From contig CBDASK010000003.1 in the NCBI GenBank assembly GCA_965199495.1, positions 2,528,001 to 2,592,000 on the forward strand: a stretch of DNA of 64,000 nucleotides, read 5' to 3'. Of this stretch, positions 29,324 through 39,330 are shown in pieces. The position numbers were made by a program, and so were the translations under genes. This DNA is from Abditibacterium sp. (lineage in GTDB: Bacteria > Armatimonadota > Abditibacteriia > Abditibacteriales > Abditibacteriaceae). How positions within the stretch are numbered: position 1 is the stretch's first letter; each line of letters opens with the position of its first letter. The notes under the pieces were generated by a model. It was not told the DNA's origin, did no database searches, and saw only the letters and a list, made by a program, of their open reading frames with translations.

Positions 29324-29566
29324 TGAATGTAGAGACGCACCATCAGACGTTTTGTCGCCCGCAAATCGGCGGCACTAATAAATCCTCTCCAAAATATTTA
29401 CAAATGAGAAACACATCCGAAATATTTAAAGCGTAAAGTTGTGTGCAACACGAAGTCGAATCGCGAAACCCTTGCGCCGGGCGGTTTTGGTGGCAACATG
29501 GATACACCAGAAACAAGCGGGGCGAAAAAGCGCGCGTTGAATTCGTGAAATTCTCGGAGAAACATA

Positions 29567-30358
29567 TTGAACAATCTGAAAAAATTAGTCGCCGCCGGAG
29601 TGGCCGCGACCGCCATCCTCGGCGTCGCGGGTATTAAACCCGCCGCCGCCACGCCCGCCACGCTGGGCTTTTATCCCGCGACCGATATTTATGGAGATCA
29701 AGTCTTCCATCTCGACGTTGACCGTTATAGCATTGACGATTTCAAAGGTTCGGGCAACGCCGATACTTATGGTCTGACTTACGGCATCGGCGACAAGGGC
29801 GGCGTGGCTGGACGCAACGAAATCGGGTTCGATTACTACTCGAATTCGGGTGTGAACTTGGGCAAATCGCTCTACTTTAACGGCAAAACCCAGTTGTATG
29901 ACGATGCCGCCAAAGGCGTGCGCGTCGTGGGCGGTTTGTGGCTGGCGGGCAGCACCGATAACGCGTTGGTTTCCAATACCGGTTATTTGCTGGCTTCCAA
30001 ATCGTTCAAATTCGGTCGCATTCATGCGGGCGTGGCTCATGCGTTCAGCGACAAAAATATCGGTGGCAACGCCGCCGATACGACCTTTTTGCAACTGGGC
30101 TACGACCGCGCCATCACGCCCAAAGTCTTGTTCGTCGCCGATTATTACAGCGGCAAATCGCTGATTTCGGGCGTGCAGCCGACGCTTTATTACTCGGTCA
30201 ACTCGCAGGCCAGCTTTGGTCTGGGCTACTTTTTCTGTAACGAACCCAAAGGCACCGGCTTCAACAACGACCAGTTGTATTTGTGCTTCGACTACAACTT
30301 CGGTGGCCGCAAAGCCGCTCCACCAGCCGAAGGTACGCCCGGCGCGCCCGGCGCCTGA
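29567..30358 (+). CDS. Secreted, probable outer-membrane beta-barrel protein
   Basis: GGAG RBS with TTG start, signal peptide, alternating aromatic/Gly strands, late DYNF. Confidence 0.65.
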   Translation: MNNLKKLVAAGVAATAILGVAGIKPAAATPATLGFYPATDIYGDQVFHLDVDRYSIDDFKGSGNADTYGLTYGIGDKGGVAGRNEIGFDYYSNSGVNLGKSLYFNGKTQLYDDAAKGVRVVGGLWLAGSTDNALVSNTGYLLASKSFKFGRIHAGVAHAFSDKNIGGNAADTTFLQLGYDRAITPKVLFVADYYSGKSLISGVQPTLYYSVNSQASFGLGYFFCNEPKGTGFNNDQLYLCFDYNFGGRKAAPPAEGTPGAPGA

Positions 30359-30364
30359 TGATTT

Positions 30365-30560
30365 GACGATGCTCGCTTGCCAACATGAGCGGGTGTCGTC
30401 GCTCCCTTTCATCGCGACAACGCGAAACCAACAAATCGCTTAAAAACGAGCCGCGCGAGTTAGACCGCGTGGCTCGTTCGTCTGTGTCATTCGATTTGGC
30501 TGATGCTCTAAAGCTGTGTGAGAATAAATTGCGACAGAACGAAGCGTCAGCCTCGCTCCC
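30365..30560 (+). other. Structured intergenic region upstream of glnA (three GU-containing hairpins)
   Basis: Stems 30365-30377/30388-30400, 30445-30457/30466-30478 and 30498-30507/30543-30552. Confidence 0.5.
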
Positions 30561-30643
30561 CTCGTTTTATCGCAATTGCCAAATCAAATTCGGCGCGCCA
30601 CTTGCCACCGACATTACCTCTAAATTTTCGTCTTTAATCTCCG

Positions 30644-32041
30644 ATGCCCACCCCCGATGCTTTCGATGCCTTTTATGCGCCCGACGATGCCGCCGCCAGC
30701 GATGAATCTCCGTCCGAACCCGATGTGCAAAACGAGCATGAACATGATAACATCGAATATGTCTTGCGCATGGCGCGCGACCGCAAAGTCAAGTTCGTGC
30801 GCCTGTGGTTCACCGATATTTTGGGCATCCTGAAAAGTGTGGCGATTATCGCCGACGAACTGGAAACCGCTCTCCACGAAGGCATTACTTTCGATGGCGC
30901 GGCCATCGAAGGGTTTTCGCGCGAAACCGAAAGCGATATGATCGCTTTGCCCGATCCGGAAACTTTCGTGCTGCTGCCGTTTGCCGACGACGAAGGCGCC
31001 GTGGCTCGTCTGTTTTGCGATATTATCCGCCCCGACGGTTCGCCCTCACAAACCGATCCGCGCCACATTCTCAAAACGCAATTGAAGGCGGCGGGCAAAC
31101 TGGGCTTTACGTTTTATGTTGGCCCCGAAGTCGAATACTTCTACTTCAAAACGATGCCCGACAACCAGCCACGGCGCCCCGAACCGCTCGATCACGGCGG
31201 CTATTTCGATTTAACGCCGCACGATTTGGCCTCGCCACTCCGCCGCAAAACCGCTTTAACCTTGGAAAAAATGGACATCGGCGTCGAGTCGAGCCATCAC
31301 GAAGGCGCGCCGTCGCAGCACGAAATAGACCTGCGCTACACCGACGCTTTAACGATGGCCGATTCGTTAATGACGTTTCGTCTGGTCGTCAAAGAAATCG
31401 CGGCGGAAAACGGCGTGTTCGCCACCTTCATGCCCAAGCCTTCGGTTCATTACAACGGTTCGGGCATGCACATCAACATGAGTTTGTTCAAGGGCGGCAA
31501 AAACGCGTTTTACGACCCGAAAAAGCCCGACGAAATGTCGGCGACCGCGCGCTATTTTCTGGCCGGTTTGCTCAAGCATTCGGCGGAACTGACGCTGTTT
31601 ACCAACCAGTGGGTCAACTCCTATAAGCGTCTGGTGCCCGGTTTCGAGGCGCCGACGCGCGCGACCTGGGCGATGCGCAGTCGCGACGATTTGGTGCGCG
31701 TGCCGGCGTTCAAGCCGGGCCGCGAGAGCAGTCGTCGCGTCGAATATCGCTCGCCCGACGCCGCGTGCAATCCGTATTTAGTTTTCGCATTATTATTGGC
31801 GGCGGGTTTGGACGGCATCCGCAACAAAATGCCGTTGGACGAAGAAAGCAACGAGGCCGCGACCGAACTCCCGACCAGCCTGGGCGAAGCGATTCGCGCG
31901 TCGCAAAACTCCAAGTTGGCGCGCGCGGTTTTGGGCGATTTGTTATTCGAGAAAGTTTTGGCCAACAAACGCGCCGAATGGGAAAATTATCGCGCGCAGG
32001 TGCATCAATACGAATTGGACAGGTATCTGAGCATTTTGTAG
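30644..32041 (+). CDS. glnA: Glutamine synthetase type I
   Basis: FTDILG.LK, FDGAAIEGF, GPEVEY, HHEGAPSQHEI, TFMPKP, GSGMH, NSYKRLVPGFEAP, EYRSPD..CNPYL. Confidence 0.93.
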   Translation: MPTPDAFDAFYAPDDAAASDESPSEPDVQNEHEHDNIEYVLRMARDRKVKFVRLWFTDILGILKSVAIIADELETALHEGITFDGAAIEGFSRETESDMIALPDPETFVLLPFADDEGAVARLFCDIIRPDGSPSQTDPRHILKTQLKAAGKLGFTFYVGPEVEYFYFKTMPDNQPRRPEPLDHGGYFDLTPHDLASPLRRKTALTLEKMDIGVESSHHEGAPSQHEIDLRYTDALTMADSLMTFRLVVKEIAAENGVFATFMPKPSVHYNGSGMHINMSLFKGGKNAFYDPKKPDEMSATARYFLAGLLKHSAELTLFTNQWVNSYKRLVPGFEAPTRATWAMRSRDDLVRVPAFKPGRESSRRVEYRSPDAACNPYLVFALLLAAGLDGIRNKMPLDEESNEAATELPTSLGEAIRASQNSKLARAVLGDLLFEKVLANKRAEWENYRAQVHQYELDRYLSIL

Positions 32042-32108
32042 AAAACAGAAGTTCGCAGAGGATCATCGGAAGGCGTGGCATACTTATTACTCTAAAAATT
32101 AAGTTGCC

Positions 32109-34598
32109 ATGAAAAATTCGTTTGCCCCGTTCCGTTCTGCATTGCCGCGCCGCCAATTTTTGCAATTGACGGCATTGGGCGCTTTTGCCGTTGCCGCAAC
32201 TAACCCGAAACGCGCGCTGGCCAGCGCGTTAATTGGCGATTCCAAAAATTTGGGCGTGGCGCCCAATAAATTGTTGGCTGCCGAAAAATCATATCTCGTC
32301 GCGCCCCGCGTAGCGACTAAAGTCCAGCCGTTTTCGCTCGCGCAGGTGCGCTTGTTGCCCGGCCCGTTTCTGCACGCGCAAAACCAAGATCACGCGTATT
32401 TATTGTTCTTGGAACCCGACCGGTTTTTGCATAACTTCCACAAATTCGCCGGGTTTGAACCCAAAGCCGAAATTTATGGTGGCTGGGAAAGTCAGGGCGT
32501 GGCTGGTCAGACGCTGGGACATTATCTGTCGGCGCTTTCGCAAATGTATCAGACGACGGGCGATGCGCGCCTTAAAAGCAAGCTCGATTATACGGTCGGC
32601 CAGTTGGCGATGATTCAGGACAAGTGGGGCGATGGTTATGTTTCGGGCATTCCCGACGGACGCGCGATGTTCGCCGACATCAAGGCGGGCGATCCCAACG
32701 GCGCCAAGCGCGGTTGGGTGCCGTGGTATACCATGCACAAACTGTTCGCCGGTTTGCGCGACGCCTATTTATTGACCGGCAACGAGCAAGCGAAAACGGT
32801 TTTGATTAAGCTCAGCGATTGGGCGATTGATACTACGAAAAGCCTGAGCGACGCACAGTGGGAAACGATGTTGGAACAGGAACATGGCGGCATGAACGAA
32901 ACGCTCGCCGACGTTTACGCGCTGACTGGCCAGCGCAAATATCTGGATTTGGCGCACCATTTTTCACATAAATTGATTTTGGAGCCGTTGACGCAACGCG
33001 AAGACCACTTGGACGGTTTTCATGCGAACACGCAAATTCCCAAAGTCATCGGTTTCGAGCGCATTTACGCGCTGGGTAACGAAAATGATTATGGCACGGC
33101 GGCGAAGTTTTTCTGGCAGACCGTAACGCAGAATCGCAGTTACGTCACGGGCGGCAACTCGGATCGAGAACATTTCTTTCCGCCCGCCGATACCGGCGCG
33201 CACTTGAGCGCCGAAACCGCCGAAACCTGCAACATTTACAATATGTTGAAATTGACGCGCGATTTGTGGAAAGTCGAGCCGACGGGCGCGCAGATGGATT
33301 GGTATGAGCGCGCGCTTTATAACCAGATTTTGGGGAGCCAAGACCCGATCGGCGGCGACAAAGGCGGCTTCAATTATCTCAATCCGCTTTCGACCGGCCA
33401 GTTCAAGGTCTATTCCAATCCGACGACGGCGTTCTGGTGTTGCGTGGGAACCGGCATCGAAAATCACGCGAAATACGGCGACACGATTTACTACCATGAC
33501 GCGGATTCGCTGTGGGTGAACTTGTTCATTCCCTCCGAGTTGACGTGGCCCGAAAAAAGTCTGGTTTTGACGCAACAGACGCGCTTTCCCGATGCCGACA
33601 CGTCCAACTTCACGCTCAAACTGGCGCGCCCGACGCAAATGGCGCTCAAGATTCGCCAGCCCGCGTGGGCGCAGAACATGACGATTTCGGTCAACGGCAA
33701 AGCGCAGTCAACAGCAGCCACCGGCAACGGCTACGCGACGATTGCGCGGCAATGGCGCGACGGCGATGTGGTCGAAGTGCATTTGCCGATGCAACTGCAT
33801 ACGGAACAATTGCACGCCACGCCGCAAAAACAGGCGATTCTCTACGGCCCGATTGTTCTGGCGGCCAATCTCGGCCCCAACGGTTTGGAAACCGATTACG
33901 TGGACAGCCAGACGCAGTATTCGGGCGCGGTTTTGCCTCCGGCGCTGGTATTTGTGACGTCGGGCACGGCGACCGCAAAAATTACGCGCGCCAATTCGGA
34001 CAATCTGGCGTTCACCGCGCAGATGCTCGATTCGGGCGATGGCACAGCTCGCATGGTGCCGATGCTGCCGTATTCGCGCGCGCATCATATGAGATATGGT
34101 GTTTATTTCGACGTTCTGACGCCCGCCGATTGGCAGCGCAAACGCGCTGAAATCGCCGCCGAAGCCGCGCGTCAGCGCGACATCGCCGCGCGCACCGTGG
34201 ATATTTATCGGCCCGGCGAACAGCAAAACGAAGTCGAACACGCGTTCAACGGTCGAAACTCGAATACAGGCAATTCGGGCGATTTCAAGTGGCGCGACGC
34301 CCGCGATGGCGGTTTCATCGAGTTCGCGCTGCAAGCTCCGCCCGCCGGTGTGGGCGGCGAATTGTCCATTAAATATTGGGGCAGCGACAACGGCGACCGC
34401 GACTTCGATATTTTGGTGAACGGCCAAAAAGTCGGCTCGCAGGTGCTCAACAACGACAAGCCGGGCGAATATTTCGACGTGATTTATCCGATTCCCGCAG
34501 AATTATTGGTGGGCAAAACGCGCGTGACGGTGCGCGTGGCTGCCAAACCGGGTAAAACGGCGGGCGGAATTTTTGGCGTGCGGATGTTGAAACGGTAG
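32109..34598 (+). CDS. Tat-secreted GH127/GH146-family beta-L-arabinofuranosidase-like enzyme
   Basis: RRQFL Tat signal, YGGWE, PWYTMHK, EHGGMNE, HANTQIPK, ETCNIYNMLKL, FWCC.GTG.E. Confidence 0.9.
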   Translation: MKNSFAPFRSALPRRQFLQLTALGAFAVAATNPKRALASALIGDSKNLGVAPNKLLAAEKSYLVAPRVATKVQPFSLAQVRLLPGPFLHAQNQDHAYLLFLEPDRFLHNFHKFAGFEPKAEIYGGWESQGVAGQTLGHYLSALSQMYQTTGDARLKSKLDYTVGQLAMIQDKWGDGYVSGIPDGRAMFADIKAGDPNGAKRGWVPWYTMHKLFAGLRDAYLLTGNEQAKTVLIKLSDWAIDTTKSLSDAQWETMLEQEHGGMNETLADVYALTGQRKYLDLAHHFSHKLILEPLTQREDHLDGFHANTQIPKVIGFERIYALGNENDYGTAAKFFWQTVTQNRSYVTGGNSDREHFFPPADTGAHLSAETAETCNIYNMLKLTRDLWKVEPTGAQMDWYERALYNQILGSQDPIGGDKGGFNYLNPLSTGQFKVYSNPTTAFWCCVGTGIENHAKYGDTIYYHDADSLWVNLFIPSELTWPEKSLVLTQQTRFPDADTSNFTLKLARPTQMALKIRQPAWAQNMTISVNGKAQSTAATGNGYATIARQWRDGDVVEVHLPMQLHTEQLHATPQKQAILYGPIVLAANLGPNGLETDYVDSQTQYSGAVLPPALVFVTSGTATAKITRANSDNLAFTAQMLDSGDGTARMVPMLPYSRAHHMRYGVYFDVLTPADWQRKRAEIAAEAARQRDIAARTVDIYRPGEQQNEVEHAFNGRNSNTGNSGDFKWRDARDGGFIEFALQAPPAGVGGELSIKYWGSDNGDRDFDILVNGQKVGSQVLNNDKPGEYFDVIYPIPAELLVGKTRVTVRVAAKPGKTAGGIFGVRMLKR

Positions 34599-34622
34599 AA
34601 TCTTGGGGTTTTGTTGGTTACG

Positions 34623-34697
34623 AGAAGAGCGTCTGGTCTTTCCCTCACCCGGCTGAGTTACGCGAAGCCGGGTGAAGGAAAAACCAGACGCTCTTCT
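34623..34697. repeat. Palindrome of the CCCTCACCCG family
   Basis: AGAAGAGCGTCTGGTCTTTCCCTCACCCGGCT with near-perfect inverted arm; core shared with 53061-53107. Confidence 0.8.
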
Positions 34698-34744
34698 TCG
34701 ACAATCCCGCGCCAAATCTTACCCATCGCGTTAAAATGGAATGC

Positions 34745-36517
34745 GTGTTCGATCCCTCCAAACCCCCGCAGACTTTAGCCGAAATGGCGCAGCGTTCGTT
34801 CGTTGATTATGCCGAGCGGCCTTATCTGGGCGTCAAAGAAAATGGCGCTTTTCAATTTCAGACTTATGCGCAAGTCGCCGCGCGCGTGAAAAACGTCGCG
34901 GGCGCGTTGCTGCAACTGGGTTTGGCGCGTGGCGACCGGGCGGCGATTCTGGCCGAAAATAGTCCGATGTGGGCGATTATGGATTTGGCGTGCCAAATGT
35001 GCGGAGTGATCTCCGTCCCGCTTTATTCGACCCTGCCCGCCAATCAAGTTCAGGTCATTTTGGCCGATAGCGGCGCCACTTTGATTTTGGTTTCGACCGA
35101 TAAACAGCGCGCCAAAGTGGATAAAGTGCGCGACGAGTTGCCGGATTTGAAATACGTTTGGAGTTACGAGGAATTCGGCGACATCGAAGCGCGCGGCGCG
35201 GCTTATTTCAAGGAACATCCCGAACTGTTCGAGTCAACGTGGCCCGCCGCCTATCCCAACGACGTGGCGACCATTATCTACACATCGGGCACGACCGGCA
35301 CGCCCAAAGGCGTGATGTTGACGCACAAAAATTTGGTCTCGAACGCCGTGGCGATTACCAAAATTACGCCGCATCTGGGCACGCAGGACAGATTTCTCTC
35401 GTTTTTGCCGCTCGCCCATATTTACGAGCGCACGGCGGGCCAATTTTTCCCGTTGCGTTTAGGCGCGAGCGTGGCCTATTGCGAAAGTTTGTTTACGGTT
35501 GATAAAGATATGCAACTCGCCCATCCGACGGTGATGGCGTGCGTGCCCAGACTTTACGAATCGTCGCGCGAAAAATTGTTTTCGGCGGCCAAAGCGTTGC
35601 CCGAAGGCAAGCGCAAAACTTATCTGGCGGCGCTCGAATTGGCGACGAAATTTGGTGCGCACAAAGGCAAAGTTCCCGGCGCGCCCGGTTTGTCGTTGAT
35701 CGAAAAGATCAAGTTTGTGATTTACGATAAGTTGGTTTACGGCAAAATTCGCGATAAGTTTGGCGGCAAGCTCAAGCATTTCATTTCGGGCGGCGCGCCG
35801 ATTGCGCCCGAACTGGGCGCGATTTTTATCGGTCTGGGGTTGGAAACTCTGGAAGGTTATGGACTGACCGAAACTTCGCCGGTTATCGCCGTCAATCGTC
35901 CGTTTGGGCCGCAACTTGGAACCGTGGGGCCACCGCTTCCGGGCGTCGAAGTGAAAATCGCCGAAGACGGCGAAATCGTGGTCAAGGCGCCGAGCGTAAT
36001 GAAGGGCTATTGGAACAAGCCCGACGAGACCAAAGAAGTTTTGACGCGCGACGGCTGGTTTCATACCGGCGACATTGGCGAATTAAACGACGGCGTTTTG
36101 AAGATTACCGACCGCAAGAAAGATTTGCTGGTGTTGGGCAACGGCAAAAAAGTCGCGCCGCAACCGATTGAGTTGCAGTTGCAGGAATCGAAATATATCG
36201 CGCAGGCGATTTTGCTGGGCGACAAAATGAAATCGGTCGCAGCGCTGATTGTGCCCAGTTTTCCGCAGTTGCGCGAGTGGGCCAAAGAACGTAATTTGAA
36301 TATCTCAAAAGACGCCGAACTGGCTGCGCACGCCGACGTGAATAAATTAATTCGCAGTGAAATTGACGCGCAAACCAAAGGTTTGGCTGACTTCGAGAAA
36401 GTGCGTAAATTCGCGTTGTTGCCCGAATTGTTGACAACGGAAAAAGGCGAACTCACGCCGACGCTGAAGGTGAAACGCAATGTGGTGGCGGAGAAATATG
36501 GTTCGTTGGTCGAGTAG
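34745..36517 (+). CDS. fadD: Long-chain-fatty-acid--CoA ligase (AMP-binding)
   Basis: IYTSGTTGTPKG, EGYGLTET, GWFHTGD, ITDRKK, LTPTLK. Start is GTG 34745 or ATG 34736. Confidence 0.9.
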   Translation: MFDPSKPPQTLAEMAQRSFVDYAERPYLGVKENGAFQFQTYAQVAARVKNVAGALLQLGLARGDRAAILAENSPMWAIMDLACQMCGVISVPLYSTLPANQVQVILADSGATLILVSTDKQRAKVDKVRDELPDLKYVWSYEEFGDIEARGAAYFKEHPELFESTWPAAYPNDVATIIYTSGTTGTPKGVMLTHKNLVSNAVAITKITPHLGTQDRFLSFLPLAHIYERTAGQFFPLRLGASVAYCESLFTVDKDMQLAHPTVMACVPRLYESSREKLFSAAKALPEGKRKTYLAALELATKFGAHKGKVPGAPGLSLIEKIKFVIYDKLVYGKIRDKFGGKLKHFISGGAPIAPELGAIFIGLGLETLEGYGLTETSPVIAVNRPFGPQLGTVGPPLPGVEVKIAEDGEIVVKAPSVMKGYWNKPDETKEVLTRDGWFHTGDIGELNDGVLKITDRKKDLLVLGNGKKVAPQPIELQLQESKYIAQAILLGDKMKSVAALIVPSFPQLREWAKERNLNISKDAELAAHADVNKLIRSEIDAQTKGLADFEKVRKFALLPELLTTEKGELTPTLKVKRNVVAEKYGSLVE

Positions 36518-36533
36518 GGAATTTGTGCAACGT

Positions 36534-36658
36534 TTTTCTGCGGCCCGTAGGGTCAAAACTCGTTTTGACCGCGTCTCAAAATCTGGCATTTTCCGCGTTT
36601 ACAAAGCGAACATTGCTGCGCGGTCAAAACGAGTTTTGACCCTACGGGCCGCAGAAAA
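36534..36658. repeat. GTAG-type REP doublet (REPIN-like) between convergent genes
   Basis: Perfect 40-bp inverted arms 36534-36573/36619-36658; unit GTAG-GGTCAAAAC-TC-GTTTTGACC. Confidence 0.9.
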
Positions 36659-36677
36659 GCAACAATGAAGAACTGGA

Positions 36678-39302
36678 TCACTTCGCGCCCGGCGCGCCAT
36701 TTAAGCGCCAGCGTTCCAATTCGCGCACGCCGCGCTTCCACAGCCACGCCGTCTCGATGGCGTAAATCGCGCTCAACAACAGCGACGCGCCGATGATATA
36801 AAGCGCGCCGTCATTGACGGCTAAAATGATTATGCCCGCTTCGGTCAACAGCGTGAAAAGCAGCGTGAGCGAAATCGCGAACGAGATATTATTCGCGCCG
36901 ATTTTGCGTTTTTTGAGCGCCATCCAATGCGAACCCACGATGTTGCGCAACGTAAAAGCGCAAATCCACAACGGCGTGGCCGCATAGGCGGCGTTCAATA
37001 GCGGCTGATTCGCCGTCGGCAACATTAGCGCTCCGACCAGAAAAATCGGGACGCACACGGCGCCCAACAACACCGAGCGCACGACGAACGGCCCGGCTTT
37101 GCCCCACGCGATTTCAGCGGATGTGCGCGGCGTCAAAAACAAAAGTTCGAGCGTGCCATCCAAGCGGTCGCGGTCGTAACAGAGCGAGCCGCCGCTCGTG
37201 CCCAGCAACATCGCGGCACATGAACTTAATAACATTAATCCGACGCATAACGCGAAAATGTTATCATCCCAGAAACCAGTTGCGATGTTGAAGAGTGGCA
37301 AAACAATCAAGGGCACGCTCGCGACCAGCGCTTGCAAAACCAGCGAATTTAACGCGAAACTTTTGAGGTCGCCACTGATGGCGCGGCGCATTTCGAGCGT
37401 TAAAATTGGATTGTCGAAACGTTCCAGCCAGACCAATAACCGCGCCATCCACGCGTCGGGCGCAGGCAACTGGCGGCGCGACAGGCTGACGGTTTGCGAG
37501 GCCGAGGGCAACGCGGGCGCATTCGCAATGGGCGTTTGCGGCGTTAAATCGTCCAAAACTTCCTCTTTGTCGCGCGTATTCAGAGTTTTGACTGCCGTGA
37601 TGCGGTCGCAGGCCAATCGCCACGCGAGCGCGCCGGTAATGATGGCTAACGTCGCGTGGACGGCGCACGCGATCCAGAAAATCGGGTTGCTCGCGACGTT
37701 TGGATCGCGCAGCATGAGCCACAACGTCCACGGCGAAAGCGGGAAGAAAACCGTCAGCAACTTCGCCGGGAATTGCGCCGTAACCAACAACAGCGCGCCG
37801 CAAAGTGGCCCGCCGTAGAACCAGACGAAATGCCAGATCGCGAACGCATTGCTAAAACGCGGCGCGCGTTGCGCGGCGTGGCTGGCGCATTGCGACGCGA
37901 TCCAAACCGCCGCCATCGCCAAAGTCGCGGGCAAAATATGTAACCATAGCGCGTTTATCGGCCAGCGCCAGCCGAGCAAACAAGACGCAATCCAGAACGT
38001 TAAAGCCACGATCAAACCGCGCGCCGCCAATTTAGTCGCGCGCGGCAGCTGAGCGCGCAAGCTCAGTAATCCGATTGGCAATTCGAGCGAGGCTCGCCAC
38101 ATCGCCGTCGTGGCTAAAGCGCCCACCGCGACGCAAATAATCCACCACGCGGCCAGCGCTTGCGTCGGCGTGCCCGCCAAGCGGCCAAACCAATTGCTCA
38201 GCCACGAATCGTTTTCGATGGCGCCCGGCCACAAAATGCCGAACAGAAAGGTGAACCACAACGCGCCTTGCACGGTTTGCGCGCGTTTCCACAACGCGAA
38301 ACGCGCCCCAGTCCAGAACGGTTCGCGGCCCGTGACCGCCGCTAATCGTAGCACGCGAATCGTCGCGCCACACAGCCACGCCGGGACGAGCAACAGAATC
38401 GGCGCGAGTGCAAAGCCGAAAAACGGTTGCGCCTCGCCCAGCCAGCGCACCAAAAAGAGCGGCCAATTAAACCAAATTTCGCCGCTCGCCGCGCGCACAT
38501 GAGGCGGCAAACCCTGCCAGTAATCGCGCGCGATGCCAACGGCAACTCCGGCCATGCCGAACTGCGCCATGAAATAGACCGGCGCCGTCAAGCCGATGCC
38601 GCCGCCCCAGCCGCGCGCGTTCACCGCCAAATCGGGCGGCAAAACGAAACCGTCGCCGATTTTGGCGCGGGCGTTGCCGTTGTTGGTCGTCAGTTTGAGC
38701 GCGTCTTTGCCCGTCGGCGCCGGTTTGGCGCCCTGAACACGCCACGCCGTCGGCGCCCACAAAGGCGTGCCCCACAAACTCAGCGCCATTATCAAAACCA
38801 ATAATCCGGCTTCGTGCCACTCGAACACGCCGCCCACCAACCACGCGAGCGCGGGCAACATCGTCGCGCACAGCAAAAGTCCCGATAGCGTGCCCGGCGC
38901 GCTCCACAGCCACGCGCGCTGAGTTGCCGAAAGCGGCGTTAATTGAATCGGCTCGAAGCGGCCTTTGATGACTTCCTGACGCAGCAATTCGCTGTTGCGT
39001 GCGAGCGTCATCGCCCACGAAATTATCCAAACGATGGCGATCCACAACAGCGCGCCGGTGGCGGCCCAATCGCGCGTTTGATTCGTTTCGCGCGCCAACG
39101 CCAAAGCCGCGCCCATCGCACCCAGCCAGACGATAACGATGAAAATCAGCCGGAAAACCCACTGCGCGCCGCGCGCATCAACGCGGCGCGATTGCGCTAA
39201 AAACGGATTAATGAGCGGCGACGCCCAATCGCACAGTGCGCGGCATCCCTGGCTCCAGGCAGCGCGCGGGCGGTCAAGAATGGGCAAGCGAGAAAAGTTC
39301 AT
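36678..39302 (-). CDS. Large polytopic membrane protein with two ABC-2 permease-like modules
   Basis: NPFL..RR / NPIL.LEMRR and E...G..E...LTP motifs occur twice; many TMs. Confidence 0.7.
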   Translation of the reverse strand: MNFSRLPILDRPRAAWSQGCRALCDWASPLINPFLAQSRRVDARGAQWVFRLIFIVIVWLGAMGAALALARETNQTRDWAATGALLWIAIVWIISWAMTLARNSELLRQEVIKGRFEPIQLTPLSATQRAWLWSAPGTLSGLLLCATMLPALAWLVGGVFEWHEAGLLVLIMALSLWGTPLWAPTAWRVQGAKPAPTGKDALKLTTNNGNARAKIGDGFVLPPDLAVNARGWGGGIGLTAPVYFMAQFGMAGVAVGIARDYWQGLPPHVRAASGEIWFNWPLFLVRWLGEAQPFFGFALAPILLLVPAWLCGATIRVLRLAAVTGREPFWTGARFALWKRAQTVQGALWFTFLFGILWPGAIENDSWLSNWFGRLAGTPTQALAAWWIICVAVGALATTAMWRASLELPIGLLSLRAQLPRATKLAARGLIVALTFWIASCLLGWRWPINALWLHILPATLAMAAVWIASQCASHAAQRAPRFSNAFAIWHFVWFYGGPLCGALLLVTAQFPAKLLTVFFPLSPWTLWLMLRDPNVASNPIFWIACAVHATLAIITGALAWRLACDRITAVKTLNTRDKEEVLDDLTPQTPIANAPALPSASQTVSLSRRQLPAPDAWMARLLVWLERFDNPILTLEMRRAISGDLKSFALNSLVLQALVASVPLIVLPLFNIATGFWDDNIFALCVGLMLLSSCAAMLLGTSGGSLCYDRDRLDGTLELLFLTPRTSAEIAWGKAGPFVVRSVLLGAVCVPIFLVGALMLPTANQPLLNAAYAATPLWICAFTLRNIVGSHWMALKKRKIGANNISFAISLTLLFTLLTEAGIIILAVNDGALYIIGASLLLSAIYAIETAWLWKRGVRELERWRLNGAPGAK

Positions 39303-39330
39303 TGGGCGAAATGCGTCAGACTTTGAAGGG

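Noticed and set aside
30365..30560. Canonical glutamine (glnA) riboswitch or ANTAR twin hairpins
   Set aside because: I could not find the consensus junction or hexaloop motifs by eye; kept only as an unclassified structured region.
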